In this document: positions 26,482 to 44,510 of the stretch, one piece after another
How the letters are laid out: each line of letters opens with the position of its first letter
How positions within the stretch are numbered: the stretch's first letter is position 1
Source: the human T2T-CHM13v2.0 reference genome, Homo sapiens
Reading direction: 5' to 3' (one strand)
DNA: 64,000 nucleotides
Assembly (NCBI RefSeq): GCF_009914755.1
Contig: NC_060927.1
Position numbers and translations under genes: made by a program
The notes under the pieces: generated by a model
Database searches by the model: none
What the model saw: only the letters and a program-made list of their open reading frames with translations
Told to the model about the DNA's origin: nothing

Positions 26482-27592
26482 TGAGCAGGCTCATCTCAAA
26501 CTCGTGAGCTCAGGTGATCCGCCCGCCTCAGCCTCCCAGATTGCTGAAACTACAGGCGTGAGCCACTGCGCCCAGCCTTACATACATCTTGTTTTTAAAG
26601 CTCTTCACTCTTGGTATTATTTATTTATTTATTTATGTTTTGGAGACAGGGTCTCACTCTGTTGCCCAGGCTGGAGTGCAGCAGCACAATCTTGGCTTAC
26701 TGGAACCTCCACTTCCTGGGTTCAAGTGATTCTCGGGCCTCAGCCTCCTGAGTAACCGGGATTACAGGCGCATGCCACCACCCTCAGCTAATTTTTGTTA
26801 TTTTTTTTAGTAGAGACCAGGTTTCACGATGTTAGTCAGGCTGGTCTCGACCTCCTGACCTCAAGTTATCCGCCCACCTTGGCCTCCCAAGGTGCTGCAG
26901 GTTGCAGGCATGAGCCACCGCCCAGCCTGTTCCTGGTATTATTTAAATTGTATATTTTTTCATTATCAAACAATTAGAAAATTTACAGTTGGAATTGATA
27001 TTTAGATTGGCTTGCAGTGTAGCTTTCTGCTGTTGTTTATCAGGGACTAGGTTTCTCAAGTGTTGCTCAGAGAATTGGCAAGTGTCTTAAGAGTACCTAG
27101 GGGGTTGGTGCCAGATGGGCTGGCGGTCCACATTGTCTGAGTTAGATATTGGAGTTGACCACTTACCCCCAGGCACCTTCTACTCAAACGATCATAGTTA
27201 GTGGGATATTGACAACTACTATGGAATCTGCATCTTTGTACACAGCACAGGGCCTGGAAAAGAGTCAGAGTTCAGTGAATATTTACTAGGCTGGCTGAGA
27301 TTCCTGCAAAAGCCTTACTCTGCTATGAGGTTCTCAGGTGGATGCCGATTATGACTTAAAGTTCCTGCATAGTTCACAAATTCTATTCACATGTGGTACA
27401 GGTAATTTTAAGAATTCAAAGCTGGGCGTGATGGCTCATACCTGCAATTCCAGCATTGTGGGAGACCCAAGCAGGAAGATCATTTGAGTCCAGGAGTTCG
27501 AGACCAGCCTGGACAACATAGAGAGACCCCCCCCATCGAGACACACACACACAGCCAGGTGTGGTGACAGCGCCTGTAGTCCCAGCTACTCA

Positions 27593-27691
<99 letters not shown>

Positions 27692-30150
27692 CTATCTCAA
27701 AAACTAAATTAACTGTTGTATCTATGTTTTCCTATCAAATTCTATCATTGGAACTTAGGGCCCTTTTCATCAAATCCTATTATTTACACCATCCAAAAAG
27801 AATTTATTTGATGGAATGAAACCACTGTGGGTCCCCTGTGGTTCTAGGATACAGCACCTTTTAACACAGGTGCTTGTCCTGTGCACCCTGATCTCTCGTT
27901 AAATAACATTTTGTCACCTAGGCCCTAGGGTCTGAGAAAAGGAGACAGTGTGAGCAGCTCTGATAGAGGATGAGCAGAAAGAAGTCAGAAATCTGAACAG
28001 GATCAACCCAGGCTCTGACCTTTCTAGAGCTTTTCCCCAGCTCTGCCCTGCCTCCCTTCCTCCTCGGTGTCCTCCCACTCCCGGGTGACAAGGGTGCTGT
28101 GTGCTCCCCTGTGGTTTACCCTGCAGAGGAAATTCAGTCATGCCCAGGTTTATTCTGTGTCACTGCAGTCTATTCGCCACAGAAACTGAGTTTTCATCTC
28201 ACTGAGTGACCTCCATGGGCTCATGTAGCGCCAAAGGCCTTTTGTGTCACAATCATTTTTTGATTATCCATTTAGTGGCATTTCCACAAGAAGAATTTGA
28301 AAGACTAACAAAAACAAGTAATATTTCTTTTGATTATAAAAATGGTCTTAGGCCAGATGTGGTGGCTCATGCCTGTAATCCCAGCACTTTGGGAGGCCGA
28401 GGCAGGCAGATCACTTGAGGCCAGGAGTTCAAGACCAGCCTAGCCAACATGGTGAAACTTCGTCTCTACTAAAAATACAAAAATTAGTTGGGTGTGGTGG
28501 CGCATGCCTGCAATCCCAGCTACTTTGGAGATTGAGACAGAAGAATCACTTGATCCTGGGAGGCAAAGGTTTCAGTGAGCCAAGATCACACCACTGCACT
28601 TAAGCCTGCGTGACAGTGAGTGAGACTCTGTTTCAGAAAAAAAAAAAAGAGGAAGAAATAAAAGTAATCTTAGTTTTAGAAGATTTGGAAAATCCTAGGA
28701 AAGCAAAAGGAAGAAAATAAAATTATCTTTAGTTCATGTCTGGGAGGAACTGTTAGGATTTTGTAGTATACTCCTGTTGGATTTCTATTTAGTCATATGT
28801 AACAAAGGCATACTTTACTAAGATGTGAATGTACTGGACATTTTGTTCTAATCTTCCTTTTCACTTAAATGTATTATCAGTATTTTACCCTATCAGTCAT
28901 TTTTTCTACCATGTTTTATTTTTTGTTTTTTATTCTTTTTTTTTTTTTTTTTGAGACAGGATCTCACTTTGTCACCCAGGCTAGGGTGCAGTGGCATAAT
29001 CATAGCTCAGTGCAGCCTCGAACTCCTGGGCACAAGTGATCCTTTCACTTCAGCCTCCCAAGTAGCTGGGACTACAGGTGCATGCCACCATGCTCAGCTA
29101 ATTATTTTAAAATTGTTTTGTAGAGTCAGGGTCCTCCTGTGTGGCCCAGTTTGGTCTCACTTTCTTGGGCTCAAGTAATCCTTCCACCTTGGCCTCCCCA
29201 AGTGCTGGGATTACAGGTGTGAGCCACTGTGCCTGGCCTTCCACCATGTTTTTAGAAGCTGTATATATTTATTTTATATGTTAGGGAATCATAGATGTTT
29301 AGTTATTGAAGAAATGAGTTAATGTGGAAAATAATAAAATATGATACATATCTAAACACTTCATTTTAAATTTAAACAACAGCATATTCACTTTGCAATC
29401 TTTTTTTTTGAGATAGAGTCTAGCTCTGTCACTCAGGCTGGAGTGCGTGGAGTGCAGGGTCGCAGTCTCAGGTGAATGCATCCTCAACTTCCTGGGCTGG
29501 AACAATCCTCCCACCTCAGCCTCCCAAGTAGATGGGACTACAGGTCCATTTTTTTGTATATTTTGTAGAGACGGGGTTTTGTCATGTTGCCCAGGCTGGT
29601 CTCGAATTCCTGGACTGAAGTGATCTGCCCGCCTCAGCCTCCGAAAGTGCTGGAATGATAGGCATGAGCCACCGCACCCAGCCTTAGTTTGCAATCTTTT
29701 GTCTATAGACATAAAACTCATTCTTGGAGAGTCGATCCACTTCTTCCAGTTTCTTGTCTAAACCATAGCTGAAATGTCCAATTTTGATTTCTGTCGAATG
29801 GATGAATGGATACAGAACGTAAAATACCTTTTTCTTTTTTTTTAAGACAGAGTTTTGCTCTTGTTGACCAGGCTGCAGTGCAATGGCGAGAGATCTCGGC
29901 TCACTGCACAACCTCTGTCTCTTGGATTCAAGTGATTCTCCTGCCTCAGCTTCCTGAGTAGCTGGGATTCCAGCCCCCCACCACCATGCCTCACCATTTT
30001 TTGTATTTTTAGTAGAGACAGGGTTTCACCATGTTGGCCAGGCTGGTCTCGAACTCCTGACCTTAGGAGATCTGCCTGCCTCAGCCTCCTAAAGTGCTGT
30101 GATTACAGGCACGAGCCACCACGCCTGGCTTAGAACATAAAAGACCTTTA

Positions 30151-30520
<370 letters not shown>

Positions 30521-30635
30521 TCAGAGGAACACAAAAGAAGAGAGATTGTGCTGATGCCCTTCATCCCATCGCTGTCTTAAATAACTGTGCATGGCCAGGG
30601 TAATCATTTTACTAAATAGTCATTACATATTCTAG

Positions 30636-30898
<263 letters not shown>

Positions 30899-31155
30899 TG
30901 ATCCACCCAACTCAGCCTTCTAAAGTGCTAGGATTACAGGCATGAGCCACCACATCCGGCCTCAGAGAACTTTTAAAAAATAACCCAAACAGTTAACAAT
31001 AATTCATTATTATTGTCACATAGGCAGTGTTTGGAGTCCCCAGGTTGTCTCAAAATTGGAACAGCTTGTTTGTATCAGGGTCTAGATTATTTTTCAGTGG
31101 CTGTGTGGGTATGCTATTTGGATGTACCCTCATTTAATCCATCCTGTTGATGGAC

Positions 31156-31464
31156 TGTGAACTGAATGTCATTTACATAATGAAGCCCTACCCTTCTAAA
31201 GGGATGGTGTTAGGAGGTGGGGCCCTTGGGAGGTGATTAGGGATGGATAAGGTCCTGAGGGCAGAGCCTTCGCAATAAGATACATTCTCTTAAAGGAGGC
31301 CTCAGCATGAGCTTGTTCTCGTTCCACCTTGTGAGGACTCAGCGAGGAGTTGGACTCAGCAACCAGAAAGTGGGCCCTGATCACTGACTTCTACCCTCCA
31401 GAACCGTGAGAAATAATCTGTTGTTTGTAAGGCAGGTGTTTTGGTATAGCAGCCAGAAGAGACA
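31156..31464 (+). mobile_element. MLT1A-type MaLR LTR
   Basis: GGTGTTAGGAGGTGGGGCCCTTGGGAGGTGATTAGG..CCTCCAGAACCGTGAGAAATAA..TATAGCAGCC. Confidence 0.8.
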
Positions 31465-32479
31465 TCTAGGTAGTTTGCAATAGTTTGTCTTTATTTAATC
31501 ATATCTGTGATGAATATACTAGAATTGGATTTGGCTCTCATTTCCTCAGGCTGAACCTCCAGCTGGAGTTGCCCTAAAATTGTTGGCAAAGGAATTCCCA
31601 CATGGGAGTGCCCCAGTCCATGTGGAAATGGGACTTGTTGGGACTCCAAAGAAGGAAGCACCAAGCTCCAGGGCAATTGGTCCAAAGTGTTCATTAGGGG
31701 AACTTACTGGGTGCTGTAGCATATGCCTGGATAGACACCCAGAGAAAAGGATGTTCTGCTTAAGCATGTCCCTGTCAAGGGTGTCACGGTATGGAGTTTA
31801 TAGGAAAGGTTCAGGAATTTGGCTCAGGGCTGGTGCCAGTTTCTTTCCGCATTTTGGGTAACAATCCAAACATCTTGCTTAGTGCCTGGGAATATTCACG
31901 GCCCCAGCTTGGGTTCAAGCCTGCGAGAGAAATGCAGCTGCCCAGCTCACAGAGCAGTCAAAGCACCTGGTGTTTCTTGGTCAGGACGGGAGAGAAAGTG
32001 GGAGAACTGGGGGTCGTCACAGCTCCTCTTGCCGGGTTCTTGGTGGTGAAGTCACAGAGGAAGGACTAGGGGGTGTGGGCAGGAGCCGGCCACCAGAGCC
32101 AGGTTTTTGTCTGCTCACATCTCTGCCAGTCCAGCGGTAGAGGTTTTCCTTTGCATTTCTCTCAGTATGAATGGGATAGAATGCAGTGGCTTATGTTTTT
32201 ACAGCTTTGGGTCTTTTGTGTATTTTCTCAGGAGGTGTTTGTGCTTTAATTGACTTAACAGTTCTTATCCAAAGCATGGTCTGACTGCCCATTTGGGTAA
32301 AGTTTTTCTTTTGTTTTAAAAATAATGATATTCAGGAAAGTTTTAACATTTTATAAATGTTGACCTTGCATATAAGTTTATAGGTTATTATATATATATT
32401 TGAAGTGCTGTTATCAGTGAGTTTTTCCCCACTGTATTTTTGCATTTGTTATTACTGCTTTTATAGGTATTTGCCTATT

Positions 32480-33450
32480 TTTCCCAAGGATTCTTATGAC
32501 TGAAAAAACCTGAATGTGAATGATCACATACTATAGAATGCACAGCTATTAAGTATAGAGCTCAGTGATTTTTAAAAACCTTGCACACTTGTGTCACTAC
32601 CACCCAGGAGACACTACAAGCCATACAAGATCCTCCTGGGCAATGCCCTCCCTCTGGGGGGTTCGTTTCTCATGCTCAATGTCAAGCCTATGAAAAGTCA
32701 ACTATGCTTCCAACAGCAATACTTTGTTTCCTGAATGTACCTCCTTGATCTGTTCTTCCACTGTTAAAGGAGTTTGATTACTTCCCGTTTTTGGCAGTGA
32801 TGACAAACTAGTTTTGAGCATCTTGCCACAGGCTTTGGTGTACATCTGTGTGTGCTCCTGTTGAGTATTTAAACAGGGTGGCAGAGCTGGGTGGTAGGGC
32901 AGTTGGTGAGCCCCTTGGGGTCTCCCTCTCATGCCCAGCAGTTTTCCAGAGCACACAGCCCGTGGGAGCCTTCTCCTCTTCCTTGGTTACCAGCATGTGA
33001 TGTCACTGTACAACAGCCTTTAGCCGTTTTGTTTGGTGTGTGTTGGTTAGCATTGGGGTTTCAATTTGTGTTGCATGGTGATTAAGCATGTTGAGCACTT
33101 TTTCTTGTGCTTGCTGGCTTTCAAATGACCTTTATCATCAGACGCCTGTTAGAATCTCTTGTCCACTGAAAAGAGTGGGTTGTTTGGCTGGGCGCGGTGG
33201 CTCACGCCCGTAATCCCAGCACTTTGGGAAGCCGAGATGGGATGACAGCTTGAGGCCAAGAGTTCATGACCAGCCTGGGCAAAAGATCCCATCTCTTAAA
33301 AAAGCGAGGGGCTATTTGTCTTTGTGTGGTGATTTGTAGGGCTTCTTTGTCTATTTTGGACATACACCTAGCTCATGTCTATGTATTGCAAGTATGTCGT
33401 CCCTGTCTTTGACTTGCTTTTTTAAAATTTGTAAGGGTTTCTTTTGATGA
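32480..33450 (-). mobile_element. Old L1M 3'-end fragments, with an Alu monomer at 33186-33303 (+)
   Basis: Antisense L1 motifs TTCCCGTTTTTGGCAGTGATGACAAA, CATGTTGAGCACTTTTTCTTGTGCTTG and TATTGCAAGTATG. Confidence 0.6.
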
Positions 33451-33999
33451 AGAGGTTATTGATTGATTGTTCTGCCTATTTCTATTGGAATATTGCTTCT
33501 GCGCTAGTCTCTTTTTCCTTCTTCCACTCAAATTACACATTTGTTAGGGCTTTTTACATCATTTTATGTGCCTTAGTTTTTTTTGTTTGTTTCCCTGTTT
33601 GTTTGTTTGTTTTTTTCTGGAGACAGAGTCTTGCTCTGCTGCCGAAGCTGGAATGCAGCTGAATGATGTCAGCTCACTACAACCTCTGCCTCCCGGGTTC
33701 AAGCAATTCTCCTGCCTCAGCCTCCCGAGTAGCTGGATAACAGGTGCCTGCCACCACGCCTGACTAATTTTGGTACTTTATAGTAGAGACAGGGTTTCAC
33801 CATGTTGGCCAGGCTGGTCTTGAACTCCTTATCGCATGTGATCTGCCCACCTTCGCCTCCTAAAGTGCTGGAATTACAGGTGTGAGCCACTGTGCCTGGC
33901 CTAAAAAATTATTTTTACAGAGACTGCATCTCATTCTGTTGCCTAGGCTGATCTTGAACTCCTGAAACCTGGATATTTTCTCTAGCTTTGTCTTATGTA

Positions 34000-35365
<1,366 letters not shown>

Positions 35366-35561
35366 TACAGTTAATGTACTTTTTTTTTGCTCTGGAACTT
35401 CCTTTTGATGTCTTTTATGGCTTTTAGTTCCTTTGCTGAAATTCTCAACCTTGAGCTTTAATAGCTTGGACATATTATAGATTTTTTAGGGTTTACTCCT
35501 GGCGATTTCATTATCCTGATCCCTGTGTGTCTGTTTTTGTGGCTGTGCTTTTTGGTCATGA

Positions 35562-35750
<189 letters not shown>

Positions 35751-36714
35751 TAGAGGTGCCTGCCACCACACTGGCTAATTTTTGTATTTTTAGTAGAGAC
35801 GGGGTTTCGCCATGTTGGCCAGGCTAGTCTCAAACTCCTGACTTCAAATTATCTGCCTGCCTTGGCCTCCCAAAGTGCTGGGATTACAGGTGTGAGCCAC
35901 TGCACCCGGCCCTAAATCTGTTTCTCAGCTCCTTAAAATCACACCCATCATTTGTGGTATTGATTAAAAGTGCAGGTATTATGCATTTTAATTTGCAGTA
36001 TTAGTGTTTCCTGCTTTATAACATGGGATATGTTTCTTCCAGTCATTAAATGTATCCCTCAGTGAAGTCAGGTAGCTTTCTTCTTGGCTCTGCATACTTT
36101 TTTAATATTACAATTATTCCTGGGTAATTTGTGTTTGGATGGCTATTGTGAAAAGGATTTAATTTTTTATTTTTTCTACCATGTTATTGGTCATGTACAG
36201 GAAAGCCATTGATATAATATTTTTTCTATTGATGTTCATGGAGGCAAAGAGTGATGAATTTGTATGTGTCTTTCTGTTATCTTGTGGAACTGGTGCAGCT
36301 GTCATCAGGTGGCTTCAGCATTCCTGCCTGTCTCATGCTTTTGACCTTTGACTAGTTAATCATGATGCTGGTTATGGAGCTGAGATGTATGTGTGGGTAA
36401 AAACTTGGTCAGAGTGGGCCCTAACCTTATCATATGCGTTTCTGAGGCAGTGTGGCCAGTAATATGTGCAGATTGCTAATGTGTCCATGTATGGCTTTGT
36501 CTCCAGTTCCTCATTAGTAGATGTTTTCAGTGTGCCTGGTAATAAATATCTACAAATTAGATTGGTTGTAATGTTCTTGTTCTGTGGCCTCATTTTCAGA
36601 TTTTTCTGTCATTAATTATACTTACTAAAACCTCTTCTCTTCCATACTGTTATTTGGCCCTCATCTTGGTGTTTTCTTACTTCTGTGCTGGAACATCATC
36701 TGCATTTCAGTTAG

Positions 36715-36938
36715 GAAGCCACTGCCTGGGGCCAGATCCCGCCCACCACCTGTTGTTATCAGTAGTTTTTTATTGGAACATTGTCTTATTAGAACTCAAC
36801 CATGATGATTTGTTTACGATCATCTTTGGATGCTTTCTTGTCACAGTGGCATAGATAAGAACTTGTGATGAGGACCCGAGGGTCCTCAAGCCTGAATTAT
36901 TTATGAGACAGCCCTTTAAGAAGTTTTCGACTCACTGC
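36715..36938. mobile_element. MER58-type hAT relic
   Basis: GGGCCAGATCC..CACCTGTT..TTTTATTGGAACA..AGCCTGAATTATTTA..GCCCTTTAAGAAG. Confidence 0.6.
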
Positions 36939-37775
36939 TTGTATCTCCGTGACCCCTCCCAGGCCTGTTCCATCCAGACTGCAAGGCACTTGCTTCTGCA
37001 CTTTTCTTACCTGGCAAAATTCCTGCCCTTACAGAGTTTATACTTCAGTTGGGGAATAATAGGCAATAAAGAATAAGGAAAGTGTACAGTAAATTACAAA
37101 GTGCGAGAAGAGTCAAGCCGGGAGGGGTGAACAGAAGTGGGAGGCTTGCACAGGCCACACTGAGGTTGTGGGTTTGTGCCCAGTGTGGCTGCTCTTCCAC
37201 CTGTGTGCTGACCCCACATTCCTTCCACACAGGGACCTTCCAGAGTAACTGGACTGTCTTCACACCTCCTTTCATCAGTGCCTTCCTTGGGGTCCTATGG
37301 ATCTCCAGAGGAAGAGTCTCCTGGGCTGAGCACACGGGTGCAGTCACCACAGGGCCCTGTGGCCAGGGTGTTGAGTGTCTGGGAGGGGAAGCTGTGGGGG
37401 CAGTAGTGGGAGGCAGGGTGGGCGGGGCACCATCTCCTTTCTGCACAGTCTCTTTCTTGCTTAGGAGTTTGCACCTGTTGTGTGGACAATGAGTGCAACT
37501 TCAGGGTTATGAGAATTGTGGTCACTTGTGCATTTTTTTAAAAAGATGGCAGTAATAGGACCCCCTTCCAGGGTTGCGACTGAGTTTAAGTCAGTGGCAT
37601 TTGTAAAGCCTGGCACTCAGTGAGCACTAGAAAGATGTGCTAAATGAAGCAAAGTCATCATATTCAAATTTGTAGTTTTCGGCCAGGCGCGGTGGCTTAT
37701 GCCTGTAATCCCAGCACTTTGGAGGCTGAGGTGGGTGGATCACCTGAGGTCAGAAGTTCGAGACCAGCCTGGTCA

Positions 37776-37992
<217 letters not shown>

Positions 37993-39537
37993 TTAGTTCT
38001 CATATTTAATTGCTTTGGCTTTTTCCAGCAGTGATGTTTTTTGGGAACACGTGTTTTACTTTTATTGCCGCTACTAATGATATAGTTTAATAAAAGATAG
38101 AAGAGAATACTTAACTTTTATTTCCAGTAACTACAAACACAAATGGTTGAGCATGGTTTTTCTAAGCTAAATTAAGGATAGTTATAGCTGACTACATTTG
38201 CCATCAGTTTATACACTGATTTTTTTGACAGCTTGACTTCTTGGTAGGTTTGCATCTTGAGTATAAATTCTTCATAGGAAAATAAGTCCAGAGCACTTAT
38301 CTTTAAAATAATAGTAATTTCAGCAACATATTTAAAAAATATAACAATTTGTGTTTTGATGCTATTATCAAGTTCTTGTAGGTGATGGCCTATGTGCTAC
38401 AAAATGTTAGGAAGAAAGACTCCTGTGAATGGCATGTTTCAGGTGGTGTAACAAATAACTTTTTCAAGTCCATCTTTGTGGTTGTATGATTGACTAAACA
38501 TTAACCTGTAAGACTAACTTAATATTAAATCATAATGAGCCTATAATTGGATGTATATTCTTGTATTGATAATGGTGTTCATCGATTAAGCTGTTGGATG
38601 ACCTTGGACCATTTTAATGTCTAAAGTGACATTAGAGAACCAGACTCACATAGGATAGGACATGGGAGGTTACAAACCAGGGCCTCGGATTCTGTGAGAC
38701 TCACACAAGATTGTCAGGAGTGTGGTAGAGGCAATTTTTTGCTGTGTAAATAGGTATTATAGTTTTTTTGCTTGTATTTTTTTTGTTGTTGTTATTTTTA
38801 TTGTGTTTATTTTTCCGAATATATTTGATCCAAGGTTGTTTGAATCCCAGGTTGCAGAGGACCTACTCTACTAGAAACTGATTTCTTTGAGCAACAACAG
38901 TGTGTGAGGGTGCTGCATCCTCGGGCATTGTCTCTCTGTGATGGGGCCCAACTTGCTGGAGTTCCACTGGGGCAAGACCCAGCACTAGGCAGTGAACAGA
39001 TCCCGTTTCTGAGGTATTTCTGCTGCCACCGGGATGAGGAGCAGGCTCAGCTCCACCCATATCCACCAGTGTGTAAACCCAATTTCCTACCAAAGGCAGG
39101 GAACGCCACCACCTCCTACTTGCAGTCCCTGACCCTGTGCAGTTTACACAGTGTCCCTTCATTCCTAAGTTGTCATGGTGAAGAAAGAAGTCAGTAGCAA
39201 AATGACCCTCTTATGGAGTTATGAAATGGGGTTGTCATGGAGAACAGTGATCTGCAGGGGACCTGGGGGCCAGCGTGGCCTTGACACTGATCAAGTGAGA
39301 AGGCAGCCATCCTTTGACAGGTACTGTTTGTCCAGTGTGCAGGTTAGTCCCAGTGACTCCAGTAGACCATGACGGTGATAGTGCAAGAGAGGCGCTAACT
39401 TGAAATAGTGGCCTTACATGTGCTGCACTAAGAGCTTCACAGATACCCACCCAGACCAATGTTCAGAGACAGGGAGCATACCCATGAGAAGTAGGGGAAG
39501 CTGAAGATGAGGAGCTGATCCCCTCACACTGTACAGT

Positions 39538-40530
<993 letters not shown>

Positions 40531-43442
40531 GTTGTTGAACGTGGAACCAAGGTATGGCTCAGACCTGGCCAAAAACTCAACTTCCAGGACATGCCTACCT
40601 GACATTAACTTCCTGGCATTGCCTGGCTGGCCTTAACTTCTCAGACATCCCCACTCGACCTCAAACAGCTGATGTTATTCACCTGATTTTAACCTTTGGG
40701 TTTGAACCTCCCAGCCTCGTTCACAGAGTCTTCACAGCTGTCCTTTAACATTCCAGTCAGACCCACACAGCTATAGATTCCTGGCCTTAACCTCTGGCCT
40801 TACCCATGTGACCTTAATCTTTTGGCCTTAATCTCCTGTCCTTACAAACTGAATTTTACCCACCTACCTTAACCTCTTCAACTTACACACCTGATGTTAA
40901 CCACATAGCTTTACAGAGCTGGCCTTCACTACCTGGCCTTAACCACTTGGCTTTATTCACCTTCCAGCCCGACCCACTAGGCCTTACCCACGTGGCCTTC
41001 TTAAAGATACGACCATACTTGCCTGCCTGACCTCACCCAGCATGACTTAATCTTCTGGTCTTATATCCATCTGGTGTTAACCACCTACCTTGACTCAGTG
41101 AGACTTCATCTCTAAACAGTTCCCTCTGTGTCCCATTCACGTATAATTAGCCTCCTGTCATTTAGCTGGCTTACCGACTTGGCCTTGATCCTCTGGGAAG
41201 TTTCCCCATTGATTTACCGGCCTGGTGTGTTAACCAAATAGTTTTTTATTCAGCTGGATTTAAACACCTGGTTTTAACAATCTGGATTTACTCACCAGAT
41301 GTTATTAACTTGATGGCCTTAATCACCTTATCTTAGCCTCATAATCTGGCTTTATCCACCTGGCCTTATTAAATTCCTGGCCTTATTTACCCAGTCTTAA
41401 TTTTCTGGCCTAGAAGAACTGGGCTTACCAGCCTGGCCATAACATCCTGCCATTATCCACCTGTTTATAACCAGCTATTTAATTTGCTGGCTTCATTATC
41501 TGGTCAGTATCCAACTGATCTTATCCATGAGGTCTTACACCCTGGCCTTACCCGCCTCATTTTACCACACTGGGCACACCCCATTAGACTTCCCCACCTG
41601 GCTTAACCCTATGGGCCTTACCCAAATGTCCTTAACCTTCTGGTTTTATCTACAGGCCTTAATCCCCGGGCCTTACTCCACTGGATTTATCTGCCTAGGT
41701 TGACTCCTCTGGACTTATCCACCTTCCATTATTCTCTATATTTCCCCTCCCCAGACTTAGATACCCTTCTAAACCCATCTGGAGTTACCCAACTGGCGTT
41801 AAACTCATGGCTTTACCAACCTGGATTACCAACTGAGCTTACCAACCTGGCCTTATCTTTCCATTCTTACTCACATGGACATCCTCTTTACCCACTTAAA
41901 CTCAGCCACCTAGTTGTATGCAGGGAGGCCTTAACTTACTGGCCTTACCTATCTGGCCTTTTAAATAGCTTGGCTTCCTGACCTGGCCTTAACTTCTTGG
42001 TTTTGCCAACTTAGATTTACCCACCTACCTTGTTAAGCTACTGGCCTCACTCATGCAGTATTAATCCCCTGGCCTTGTGTACCTGGCTTACCCACCTGGC
42101 TTTACCCTACTGGCTTTAACATCATATCTTTACCAACTAGAGTTACCCAACTGATCTTACCTACCCAGGCTTACCCAGTTGGCCTTCACAATTAGTCTCA
42201 ACCTTCTGGCTTTACTTAGCTGTCCCAGCCCTACTGACCTTAACCTAGTGTCATTATTCACTGTCCCAGCCCCTTGCTTTACTTTCTTGGACTTCACCTA
42301 TTGGCCTTCCCACATGGCTGTATTTTCTTGGCCTTACCCACTTGGCCTTGTTCAACTACTGGCCTCAACCAGTAGGCATTCTGCAACCGACATTATCAAC
42401 CTGACAGCCATACTCACCTGCCATATTCACTTGCCTGGCCTCAGCCAGCATAACATGACTTAATCTGCTGGCTTCATACCCATCTGATGTTGACTACCTG
42501 GTTTAATTCATCTGGCCTTCACCTCCTCACCTTCCCCTCACTATCTTGCCCACCTAGTATTAGTTTCCTATCATTATTTAGCTGGCTTGGCAACTTGGCC
42601 TTAATCCTACAGGGAATTTCTCCATGGATCTACTGTCCTGGGGTTACACAAATAGTCTTTTCTTTGGCTAAATTTAAATGCCTGGTTTTAACAATCTGGC
42701 CTTACTCACCAGACATTATTAACCTCACTTCCTTAATCACCTTACCCTCACGGCATTATTAAACAAGTTTCATCCATGTGGCCCTATGAAACTCCTGGCC
42801 TTACTGACCCAGGTTTAATTTCCTAGCCTAACTAATGATCTTGGTCTTATCTACCTGGCCATAACTTCTCGCCGTTATCCACCTATTCTTACCTACCTGG
42901 CTTTAATTTGCTGGCCTCAATCTACTGTCAAGACCTACCTGGTCTTGCCCATGGTGCCTTACTGCCCTTTCTTTATTGCTTGGCCTTACCCACCTCAATT
43001 TATCACCCTTGCCAGAACCCTTTAGTTTTCCACACCTGGCCGAAACCTGTGGGCCTTAACCATGTGGTCTCAACAACCTGGATTACCTACCTAGTTTTTC
43101 CACCTAGTCTTCCCCATTGTGAGTTTCATGCTTAGTTTACACAGCTGTCCTTAACCTTCTGGTTTTATTTACCAGGACTTAGCCCCCAGTCTTATTTTTC
43201 AAAACTTACCTCCCTAGGTTTCCTCCCTTGGGCTTATTTCCCTGCCTTTCTTACCTAGATTTTCTCCCACGCCCGAACATAACATACCTTACATTTCCCA
43301 TTTGGACTTCCCCCATCTGGCCTGAACCTCATGGACTCCATAGCTTACCAACCTGGCCTTCTCACTGGCCTTAGCCTTTCATTCTTAGTCACATGGCCTC
43401 AACCTCCTAGCATAATATGCCTAGCATTAAGTTCTCAGCCTT

Positions 43443-44510
43443 TATCGGGGAACCTGCCCTGATATTCACGTAGGTTCTTTTCTATTTTCCCTAAGTGTCG
43501 GCCAGCTTGAGAAATAAAGGGACAGAGTACAAAAGAGAGAAATTTTAAAGCCGGGCATCCGGAGGAGACATCACATGTTGGTAGGTTCCGTGATGCCCCA
43601 CAAGCCGCAAAAAACAGCAAGTTTTTATTAGGGAGTTTCAAAAGGGGAGGGAGTGTGCGAATAGGTGTGGGTCACAGACATCAAGTACTTTACAAGGTAA
43701 TAGAATATCACAAGGCAAGTGGAGGCAAGGCGAGATCACAGGACCACAGGACCAGGTGAAATTAAAATTGCTAATGAAGTTTCGGGCACCATTGTCATTG
43801 ATAACATCTTATCAGGAGACAGGGTTTTGAGATCACCTGGTCTGACCAAAATTTATTAGGTGGGAATTTCCTCTTCCTAATAAGCCTGGGAGCACTATGG
43901 GAGACTGGAGTCTATTTCACCTCTGCAGTCTCGACCATAAGAGACGACCACGCCCAGGGGGGCCAGTTCAGAGACCCACCCCCAGGTGCGCATTTTCTTT
44001 CTTAGGGATGTTCTGTGCTGAGAAAAAGAATTCAGCAATATTTCTCCCATTTGCTTTTGAAAGAAGAGAAATATGGCTCTGTTCCGCCCGGCTCACCGGC
44101 GGTCAGAGTTTAGGGTTATCTCTCTTATTCTCTGAACAATTGCGTTATCCTGTTCTTTTTTCAAGGTGCCCACATTTCATATTGCTCAAACACACATGCT
44201 GTACAATTTGTGCAGTTAATGCAATTATTACAGGGTCCTGAGGCAATGTACATCCTCCTCGGCTGACAGGATTAAGAGATTAAAGTAAAGACAGGCATAG
44301 GAAATCACAAGGGTATTGATTGGGGAAGTGATAAGTGTCCATGAAATCTTTACAATTTATGTTTAGAGATTGCAGTAAAGACAGGCATAAGAAATTATAA
44401 AAGTATTAATTTGGGGAACTAATAAATGTCCATGAAATCTTCACAATCCACATTCTTCTGCCATGGCTTCAGGTGGTCCCTCCATTTGGGGGTCACTGAC
44501 TTCCCACACA
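43443..44510 (-). mobile_element. MER11 (HERV-K HML-8) solo LTR inserted in the array
   Basis: Reverse strand starts TGTGTGGGAAGTCAGTGACCCCC..GAAGCCATGGCAGAAGAATGTGGATTGTGAAGATTTCATGGAC. Perfect 6-bp TSD AGCCTT (43437-43442 and 44511-44516). Confidence 0.93.
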